From: a virus
Taxonomy: Duplodnaviria > Heunggongvirae > Uroviricota > Caudoviricetes
Virus record (IMG/VR): IMGVR_UViG_3300005660_000003
Coordinates: 1-10,260 of that record
DNA length: 10,260 nt
Direction: 5' to 3' (one strand)
The notes beneath the pieces are model-generated. The model saw nothing but the letters and a program-made list of their open reading frames with translations, did not search any database and was not told the origin of the DNA. The translations under genes were made by a program, and so were the position numbers. Shown here piece after piece: positions 1 to 5,236 of the stretch; position 1 is the first letter of the stretch; each line of letters starts with the position of its first letter.

Positions 1-7
1 GTTCTGT
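1..7 (+). other. R' box (GTTCTGT) of an upstream attC truncated by the window edge
   Basis: GTTCTGTGC (1-9) is the exact reverse complement of GCACAGAAC (597-605), the R'' flank of the next attC. Confidence 0.75.
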
Positions 8-159
8 GCCACCTTAGGTACATTACTTCCATCCTCCATGCAGTCTGCCCACATATTTGGCTTAAGTGTAAACCCATCCCAACCTATCGGGCGTTTATAC
101 CCTGTCTCTGTTTTTACTACGTCGTAATTCAACCCTAAACCATATGGAACTCTTTGCAT
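1..159 (-). CDS. Candidate 3'-truncated ORF (MQRVPYGLGLNYDVVKTETGYKRPIGWDGFTLKPNMWADCMEDGSNVPKVAQN...), runs off the window
   Basis: Hand translation: 53 codons with no stop from ATG 159 to position 1. The frame is open back to 357. No clear SD. Not in the track because it has no stop in the window. Confidence 0.3.
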   Translation of the reverse strand, partial: MQRVPYGLGLNYDVVKTETGYKRPIGWDGFTLKPNMWADCMEDGSNVPKVAQN

Positions 160-595
160 GACTGACTCTTTCTCTGAAGATTTATCGATTGCGGCACGTT
201 TCATGTGGAAACACCGAAACGAACCACAGTATTGGACATGGGAATCATTAACAGACCTAAACAAAGTCACAGACTCCCCTAATTTAAACCATGCTGTAGC
301 ATGGAACATTATTACGGTACTCGAAGGAAAGGGGTTCTTATTATCCTTTCCAGAATTTCAAAAAGACGGGCAAATTATCAAGTACCCATTTAAACTTCAT
401 CTTGGTGATCTAAAGGCGTGGCGTCGTATTAAACGATCCCCTTCTTGTTGCACATACTTAATTAATCTATGGGAAGATTTTTCGCCCAAACTCTATGCGT
501 TTATTATTGGTATCTTTTCATTAGCAATAGCATCTGTCATCGTTTACGCCCTACAACGCTACATCGATATCAAATGGCCAGCACCACCAAACTAA
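158..595 (+). CDS. Cassette 1 gene, conventional orientation; hypothetical 145-aa protein with a C-terminal transmembrane helix
   Basis: Stop TAA at 593-595 directly abuts the attC R'' (597-605), as in classic cassettes. Hydrophobic stretch LYAFIIGIFSLAIASVIVYAL. Confidence 0.75.
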   Translation: MTDSFSEDLSIAARFMWKHRNEPQYWTWESLTDLNKVTDSPNLNHAVAWNIITVLEGKGFLLSFPEFQKDGQIIKYPFKLHLGDLKAWRRIKRSPSCCTYLINLWEDFSPKLYAFIIGIFSLAIASVIVYALQRYIDIKWPAPPN

Positions 596-598
596 AGC

Positions 599-689
599 AC
601 AGAACAAAACGATGCACGCCGAGCAACGGTGGTTAGGTTATTGCTGTGGTTTGGTTACCTCCGTTGCCGGGTGATCGTCAGCGTTATTT
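599..689 (+). other. attC site 1 (91 bp)
   Basis: ACAGAAC-aaaac-gat[G]cac[G]ccg[A]gcaacgg ... ccgttgc-cgg-gtg-atc-gtcagc-GTTATTT. Confidence 0.9.
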
Positions 690-857
690 TGAAGACCCGG
701 CAGACCACCGAAACCAATGACGCGGAGTCATGATTTCAAGGCGTGGACCGCTGCCCGACTTCTTTCGCCCAAACAAAAACGCTGTCGTCCGAAAGTGGAG
801 ACAGAACCGACAGCCATAGGCTTGTGTGTACTCCACATCTTTCTGCACATGAACCAT
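684..857 (-). CDS. Cassette 2 inverted ORF, 57 aa (MVHVQKDVEYTQAYGCRFCLHFRTTAFLFGRKKSGSGPRLEIMTPRHWFRWSAGSSK); missing from the ORF track
   Basis: Hand translation. SD-like GAGAGGG just upstream of ATG 857. TAA stop at 686-684 lies in the bottom strand of the attC1 R' box. One CxxC motif. Confidence 0.6.
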   Translation of the reverse strand: MVHVQKDVEYTQAYGCRFCLHFRTTAFLFGRKKSGSGPRLEIMTPRHWFRWSAGSSK

Positions 858-872
858 GATTGCACCCTCTCA

Positions 873-963
873 AAATAACAACAAGTTGTACGCCGAGCAG
901 CGGGCCACCGTGACCCGCTTTACAAAGTGTCCCGCCGCTGCCGGGTAAACTTTGTCGTTCTAC
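873..963 (+). other. attC site 2 (91 bp)
   Basis: AAATAAC-aacaa-gtt[G]tac[G]ccg[A]gcagcgg ... ccgctgc-cgg-gta-aac-tttgtc-GTTCTAC. Confidence 0.9.
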
Positions 964-1244
964 GGATGCCGAACCAGTGAATACGTTTCGACGCTTGCTG
1001 AATACGCTTCCGCAATCCGTTTTGCAAACTTCTGACTCCTCGTTACGGTGCTTTGATCCACTACCGCCGACCATTGCCCGTTTCCGAAATCAAACCAAAA
1101 CCATTCCCCCTTGCTTTTATCTACAACTGCATACAACGTCAGTGGAGACAAAAACCGACCACGCTCAAGCCAACGGCCCCGCGCGTCCATCGCAAGCACC
1201 GCAGAACAATCAGATGCAGCCGAGCCGTCAACGTCGTTCGTCAT
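960..1244 (-). CDS. Cassette 3 inverted ORF, hypothetical 94-aa protein; N-terminus encoded by attC3
   Basis: SD AAGAAAGG 9 nt before ATG 1244, both inside the attC3 loop. TAG stop at 962-960 lies in the attC2 R' box. Aromatic-rich beta-like core (YAVVDKSKGEWFWFDFGNGQW). Confidence 0.7.
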   Translation of the reverse strand: MTNDVDGSAASDCSAVLAMDARGRWLERGRFLSPLTLYAVVDKSKGEWFWFDFGNGQWSAVVDQSTVTRSQKFAKRIAEAYSASVETYSLVRHP

Positions 1245-1305
1245 ATCCTGAAACCTTTCTTATGCAATGCAGGCTCGTCGGCCCGGCTGATCTGAGTCGT
1301 TATGC
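1201..1305 (+). other. attC site 3 (105 bp)
   Basis: GCAGAAC-aatca-gat[G]cagccg-a-gccg ... cggc-c-cggctg-atc-tgagtc-GTTATGC. Confidence 0.88.
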
Positions 1306-1842
1306 AGATACATCTTGACTCGGATACTGCGAACACAATTCACAGCGAAACTGACCACGTTCCTCGTCACTCAAATCCTTGCCGCAGTCTCCACATGTCC
1401 CATACCGCGACTTCTTGCACGTCGGGCAGTATCCAGCTCCGCGACCAGCACAGCCCTGACAGCCCTCCGCGTCTGGAAGCAGCGTTACAAAATCAGCCGC
1501 CATCCTGCGAACGGCGTTCGTAATCGCTTCGCGATATCGCTGCTTGTACTCATCGTTCATCCACCCGGCGACGACTTCAGTCAGCACTGATACGAGTCGT
1601 GTTTCTCCGCAGTTGGCTTTGTACGCTCCGTCTGCTGGCGGTGTCTCCAGTTTCCCATGAGGCACATCAATTAACTGCTCTCGCAGGTCTCGCATTGCTG
1701 CCGCAATTTCGTATTCCTGTGCGTCCATTGCGATCCTGATGGCGGCATCGAAGCTCTTAGCCACAAGTCTGGCTTTGGGCTTGCAGCTCGTCAGGCTATA
1801 CAGCGAAAACAGTAATCTGCCAATATCTTTTTGCGCACTCAT
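1300..1842 (-). CDS. Cassette 4 inverted ORF B, ~180 aa: UVR (UvrB/UvrC-type) motif plus four C-terminal CxxC pairs
   Basis: Start reassigned to ATG 1842, which forms an ATGA overlap with the upstream stop. AMDAQEYEIAAAMRDLREQL fits the UVR motif. CQGC, CPTC, CGDC, CELC. TAA stop at 1302-1300 lies in the attC3 R' box. Confidence 0.75.
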   Translation of the reverse strand: MSAQKDIGRLLFSLYSLTSCKPKARLVAKSFDAAIRIAMDAQEYEIAAAMRDLREQLIDVPHGKLETPPADGAYKANCGETRLVSVLTEVVAGWMNDEYKQRYREAITNAVRRMAADFVTLLPDAEGCQGCAGRGAGYCPTCKKSRYGTCGDCGKDLSDEERGQFRCELCSQYPSQDVSA

Positions 1843-2177
1843 GACTGGAACCCCACAAACGGACGGTTGCAATGATCACACCTGCCTGACGGCAGCCTGT
1901 AGCCAATACCGCAGGTCTGGCACACATACCCAGCCAGATCCTGAATCTCTTCAATCTCACGAAATGCTGCCCCCGCATGCACTGCTGGCTGTAACACTTC
2001 GCCGCTCGCAATCTCAAGCAGTCTGCGACGCATTACTGCGTGTTCTCGCATTAGCCTGTCAACATCTGCGAGCTTGACAAACTTGCCTGTTTTCGACTCC
2101 ATCACAAGCGAGCACTGATACAGCGGAAGCTGCATAACAATGCAATCAACCGGAGTTGCCGACGATGCGTTTTCCAT
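1839..2177 (-). CDS. Cassette 4 inverted ORF A, ~112 aa, C-terminal zinc ribbon (CQTC...CDHC); N-terminus encoded by attC4
   Basis: SD GAAAGG 8 nt before ATG 2177 inside the attC4 loop; alternative TTG start at 2183. Stop overlaps the start of ORF B. Confidence 0.7.
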   Translation of the reverse strand: MENASSATPVDCIVMQLPLYQCSLVMESKTGKFVKLADVDRLMREHAVMRRRLLEIASGEVLQPAVHAGAAFREIEEIQDLAGYVCQTCGIGYRLPSGRCDHCNRPFVGFQS

Positions 2178-2222
2178 GATCAAAACCTTTCACCGGCAAC
2201 CCGGTTATTGCAAGCGTTCGCC
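2132..2222 (+). other. attC site 4 (91 bp), canonical structure
   Basis: GCATAAC-aatgc-aat[C]aaccgg[A]gttgccg ... cggcaac-ccggtt-att-gcaagc-GTTCGCC. Top-strand extrahelical C and A correspond to bottom-strand G and T, as in classical attC sites. Confidence 0.93.
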
Positions 2223-2254
2223 GCCACACTCTTCTCTTCAATCTCTCTCTTCAT
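2180..2254 (-). CDS. 24-aa peptide MKREIEEKSVAANACNNRVAGERF translated through the right arm of attC4
   Basis: Strong SD TAGGAG 7 nt before ATG 2254. TGA stop in the attC4 loop overlaps TTG 2183 and lies 2 nt before ATG 2177. Confidence 0.5.
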   Translation of the reverse strand: MKREIEEKSVAANACNNRVAGERF

Positions 2255-2340
2255 TTTCTTCTCCTAAATAAAAGTTTTCAAATTCTGCACTAAAATTCCC
2301 GAATTCTTCGGACAAATCAAGCCCCTCATGCGATTCGCTT

Positions 2341-2430
2341 ATGGGATTTTTTCGTTTCACTCTGGGGATCGACATGGAGATTCTCGTCATCATTTGCTTG
2401 CTCATCTGGAATTACGTTTCAAGCGATTAA
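2341..2430 (+). CDS. Small hydrophobic peptide, 29 aa (MGFFRFTLGIDMEILVIICLLIWNYVSSD) or 18 aa from ATG 2374
   Basis: Hand translation. GGGGA precedes ATG 2374. Its TAA merges into the SD (TAAGGGG) of the next peptide. Confidence 0.45.
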   Translation: MGFFRFTLGIDMEILVIICLLIWNYVSSD

Positions 2431-2439
2431 GGGGTTACT

Positions 2440-2520
2440 ATGGCCGCAATACAGTTTCTCTTTGGTTTGGCCCTCGGGGTCTTTGTCCTTACCATAACGA
2501 AAGAAAAGAAACGACAATGA
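2440..2520 (+). CDS. 26-aa single-TM peptide with basic tail (MAAIQFLFGLALGVFVLTITKEKKRQ)
   Basis: SD TAAGGGG 5 nt upstream. Its stop overlaps the next start (ATGA 2517-2520). Confidence 0.55.
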   Translation: MAAIQFLFGLALGVFVLTITKEKKRQ

Positions 2521-2720
2521 ATTTCGCAAACCTTACACCAATGCCGAGCTCTTCAACTAATCAAAACGTTTTCATCAATCCTGCGTTCGTCACTCACGTT
2601 GGCAGTGATGCTGGCGGTACAACGATCATCTTCTTTAGCGGTGGCACGTCCACCACAATTGATGACACTCCGGCTCGTGTAGTCGAAGAATTGATTAAGG
2701 CCAGCAATTCATCTGTGTGA
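2517..2720 (+). CDS. 67-aa small beta-rich protein, FlbD-like pattern (true start probably 2517, not 2328)
   Basis: MNFANLT...VFINPAFVTHV...TTIIFFSGG...IDDTPARVVEEL resembles the FlbD-type pattern by eye. ATGA coupling to the upstream peptide. Confidence 0.6.
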   Translation: MNFANLTPMPSSSTNQNVFINPAFVTHVGSDAGGTTIIFFSGGTSTTIDDTPARVVEELIKASNSSV

Positions 2721-3034
2721 ACTGGCACATCAATTTTTGTCCCATTGTCTAGATGAGCAAAACAACTTTCACGCCTCCACTTTTGCCAGTATCCTTCGTT
2801 GGTGATTGCCACAATTCTACTCGGATCCACCACGCAAAAGGTATGTTCCACTTCGTGGACCTTCGCTTCTTCTGGTGCCTGCCCAAATTCATGGAATGTG
2901 CTTAGGTCATCATTCACATGATATTTCCCCCTAAACACTAAAAGCGGCGAACAAAGCGTTGAACCCGAGCTACCGGTGTCGGGTTCTGGGGTGGTTTGGG
3001 TTCCGGCGGCAGCCGGGTTAACTTGGTCGTTCAT
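2594..3034 (-). CDS. Cassette 5 inverted ORF (146 aa from ATG 3034, reading through attC5; alternative GTG start at 2917); C-terminal half FlbD-like pattern
   Basis: ATG overlaps the TGA of the upstream phage gene. SD AGGGGG lies 9 nt before in-frame GTG 2917. VVDPSRIVAI...CFAHLDNGTKIDV...DELLALIN. Confidence 0.65.
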   Translation of the reverse strand: MNDQVNPAAAGTQTTPEPDTGSSGSTLCSPLLVFRGKYHVNDDLSTFHEFGQAPEEAKVHEVEHTFCVVDPSRIVAITNEGYWQKWRRESCFAHLDNGTKIDVPVHTDELLALINSSTTRAGVSSIVVDVPPLKKMIVVPPASLPT

Positions 3035-3035
3035 A
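2946..3035 (+). other. attC site 5 (90 bp), distal end of the array
   Basis: GGCGAAC-aaagc-gtt[G]aacccg[A]gctaccg ... cggcagc-cgggtt-aac-ttggtc-GTTCATA. Confidence 0.88.
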
Positions 3036-3516
3036 AATATTCCTCTATCTGATCTAAGTCAGAAATTTTAATGTTAAAACAATCACACTTTACTTTAAAA
3101 TGTGTACCTTCTTCTATTTCATCCTTTTTAAGGAATTGGGCTTTCTCCATAAAAGCTACTACGGGGATTATACCCAAACAATAAGCTGTGGATAAGTCGT
3201 TGGTTATTCTATAAAAAGCATAATGACTACACTCTTTTTTCTTCACTTGGTACGCTGCAACTGTACAAGAATAGGAATCCAGTGGTCTCGAAGAGCACCT
3301 CTTAGCTTTAATATCAATACACCCTATTTTTGCGTGAGCAACATCATAATTATAAGAGTCTACTAGCTCTCCGCCATAAGTGTCGAGAAAAAGTTCCTCA
3401 GCAACCATACCAGCTAGCTCCCCATCACTACAAATCTTTTTACTATTTTCACCGATTTTGCTTGCTCTGGCTTGAGCTTTGCTCAAGACAGCTTCAGAGA
3501 CTTCTAATTCTGTCAA
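3031..3516 (-). CDS. Phage PD-(D/E)XK restriction-endonuclease-fold protein (putative)
   Basis: Motifs GMVAEE, NYD and CIDIKAK fit an E...D...(D/E)xK active site. TTG start with SD GGAGGAGG overlaps the recA stop. Confidence 0.6.
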   Translation of the reverse strand: MTELEVSEAVLSKAQARASKIGENSKKICSDGELAGMVAEELFLDTYGGELVDSYNYDVAHAKIGCIDIKAKRCSSRPLDSYSCTVAAYQVKKKECSHYAFYRITNDLSTAYCLGIIPVVAFMEKAQFLKKDEIEEGTHFKVKCDCFNIKISDLDQIEEYL

Positions 3517-4598
3517 GCTTCCTCCTCCCCATCTTCTTCCGGAGGAACAAAATCATAAGATATTGAATACTTTTCTATAAAATAATCCTTTATAATCTTT
3601 TGAAAAAGTTCCAAGTTTTCTTCTATTACAGCTACTGCTTTATCTGACCCCTGAGCTCTTATTTCTGTACCATCTGGTAACATAAAATAATACCACGCAC
3701 CCTTAGTGGTTAACAATCCTGTTTCTGGTAAAACTTCTAGGGCCTCCATAGCCCAATAAATACCCTCACCAAACCTAAGATAAGAATTAATAGGATTTTC
3801 CTTACTAACATAAGGGGCAAGTTTCTTATTATACGGCATTTGCCATTTAATTAGTTGGCCCTTCAGGCTTTCACCGTCTTTATTATTTAGTCTACTACCA
3901 TCCCAATCATACGGTTTGTGGCGAGCCTCTAAAACTATATCACATTCATATTCAAGTTTTACACCACCATCTGGCACTAATGGATCACCATACCCGGAGG
4001 TATTTGTGATAAAGTGTTGAATACCTATTACAATAGATCTAGTAGTACGAACAAGATTACCTATCTTTTTACAAAAATCCGCATTAAGTTTTGGGGTAGT
4101 GTCTCGCCTATTACCCTTAATGTCAATGTCGTTAAGAGTATCTTCTGGAATTATTTTAGAAAATGAATCTATTACATAAACTGCCCCTTTATACTTAGGA
4201 AGACCCATCATATCTTTAATGGTTTTGTATATTTTATCTCCAGATAAAACGGGGACACCCTCCTGAGATCTTAATATTAAAAATTTGGGATTATTTATAT
4301 CTAATCCTTTAATTTGAAAGTATTTTTCCCCAAGTAATCTACATTCAACATCGGCATAAATAACATATCTTCCTTGAGCTAGGGCGTTGGTCGCTATTTG
4401 CATAGCACACATCGACTTCCCGAGTTTAGGCGGGGTCCTAATAAGAACCAAACTTCCCTCTGGGATTCCACCTCCAAGTTTAGCATCTAGGGAAGGACCA
4501 ACAGATACAACGTATGGACTTGCTTTTTCTTTTGTAATTATACTAGCAGCACTTTGGAATAAGTTTTTATCTATAAGTGGTTTTTTGGCTTTAGCCAT
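3513..4598 (-). CDS. recA: RecA/UvsX-family recombinase (phage type)
   Basis: SLDAKLGGGIPEG, P-loop variant TPPKLGKS, YADVE, Walker B VYVIDS, DGGVKLEYECD, C-terminal KGAWY and QG motifs, acidic tail; 361 aa. Confidence 0.9.
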   Translation of the reverse strand: MAKAKKPLIDKNLFQSAASIITKEKASPYVVSVGPSLDAKLGGGIPEGSLVLIRTPPKLGKSMCAMQIATNALAQGRYVIYADVECRLLGEKYFQIKGLDINNPKFLILRSQEGVPVLSGDKIYKTIKDMMGLPKYKGAVYVIDSFSKIIPEDTLNDIDIKGNRRDTTPKLNADFCKKIGNLVRTTRSIVIGIQHFITNTSGYGDPLVPDGGVKLEYECDIVLEARHKPYDWDGSRLNNKDGESLKGQLIKWQMPYNKKLAPYVSKENPINSYLRFGEGIYWAMEALEVLPETGLLTTKGAWYYFMLPDGTEIRAQGSDKAVAVIEENLELFQKIIKDYFIEKYSISYDFVPPEEDGEEEA

Positions 4599-4954
4599 TA
4601 ATTCTTCTTTCTGAAGAGTGGTGAAGTTTCACATGGGGTGACTTGTGGGTTTTGTTTAGCTATGTGCTCTCTTAGGTTTTTCTCATTTGTAAGCCGAGCC
4701 TGCTCGACCTCTATTAAATCTGGCAACTTTTTAGCATATAAAGACCAACACCAAGATTCTTTTCTTATTGTGTTCCATATAGCTTCCTCACTATAGGCCC
4801 TGAATAATTTTGCTGCTATTATAGTTTGCTGTTGGTACTCCTTTTTATATTTTGGTAATCTCCAAAACGCCTCCGGAAGAGTTATCCCTTGTTTTTCATA
4901 CTTTCTCTTTATTATATAAGATACTAGCATTTCTCTCTGGGATGATTCCCCCAT
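4598..4954 (-). CDS. Hypothetical phage protein (118 aa)
   Basis: ATG start; TAATG overlap with the recA start; in operon. Confidence 0.75.
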   Translation of the reverse strand: MGESSQREMLVSYIIKRKYEKQGITLPEAFWRLPKYKKEYQQQTIIAAKLFRAYSEEAIWNTIRKESWCWSLYAKKLPDLIEVEQARLTNEKNLREHIAKQNPQVTPCETSPLFRKKN

Positions 4955-5236
4955 TTATTCACTCCTGTAAATTCCCCTGTGCTCATCAGAGGCCTGAGTT
5001 GGTTGTGTGGGAGCTGGTTCCTTATCAATGTCTGCAGTCATTTGATAAACTTTTTGCCCATTCTTTAGGGTAATCTTAGAAGCACCCAACCTATTTGCTT
5101 TATTAGTTTTATCATAGATCTCTTTGATCAGAGCTTCTGACAAATCTAATTCTTGGGAAATTTCCGCAATACTTTTACTTCCGGCGAAACTACTAATATA
5201 AAGCTCGTCTGCCGGGTTCAATTTTTTTCGACTCAT
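4955..5236 (-). CDS. Hypothetical protein with possible N-terminal helix-turn-helix
   Basis: SIAEISQELDLSEALIKEIY is HTH-like. ATGA overlap with the upstream gene. Confidence 0.65.
   Translation of the reverse strand: MSRKKLNPADELYISSFAGSKSIAEISQELDLSEALIKEIYDKTNKANRLGASKITLKNGQKVYQMTADIDKEPAPTQPTQASDEHRGIYRSE

Larger units (their letters stand above)
1..3035 (+). mobile_element. Integron-type gene cassette array, at least 5 cassettes: 2-683, 684-957, 958-1299, 1300-2216, 2217-3029; continues left of the window; no intI/attI in window
   Basis: Five attC hairpins with AAC...GTT cores, 5/6-nt spacers and left-arm extrahelical bases. Each cassette start is the reverse complement of the R'' flank of its own attC (9/9, 10/10, 8/9, 9/9, 9/9). 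Confidence 0.92.

Noticed and set aside
657-662. Perfect SD GGAGGT on the bottom strand of the attC1 loop
   Set aside because: No start codon at usable distance and the frames close quickly; at most a relic.
1583-1660. Possible decayed attC inside cassette 4, with AGCACTGATAC repeated at 1583-1593 and 2111-2121
   Set aside because: No AAC core, no 5/6 spacer geometry and only a weak stem; the 11-bp repeat may be chance.
736-2077. Track ORFs 736-1074(-), 977-1318(+), 1053-1295(+), 1302-1523(+), 1315-1590(+), 1739-2077(+), 1796-2017(-)
   Set aside because: They lack SDs, cross cassette boundaries or overlap better-supported ORFs, and have shadow-like composition.
2328-2516. N-terminal half of the 130-aa ORF 2328-2720
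   Set aside because: Better explained by two coupled small ORFs in other frames and a start at 2517.
599-3035. CRISPR array or simple tandem repeat interpretation of the recurring elements
   Set aside because: Units are ~90-105 bp, divergent, and separated by gene-sized cargo. There are no cas genes, and the structure fits attC.
1-3035. attC sites oriented on the minus strand, which would make the ORFs conventionally oriented
   Set aside because: In all five sites the extrahelical bases and 5-nt spacer are in the left arm and the 6-nt spacer in the right arm, which defines + orientation.
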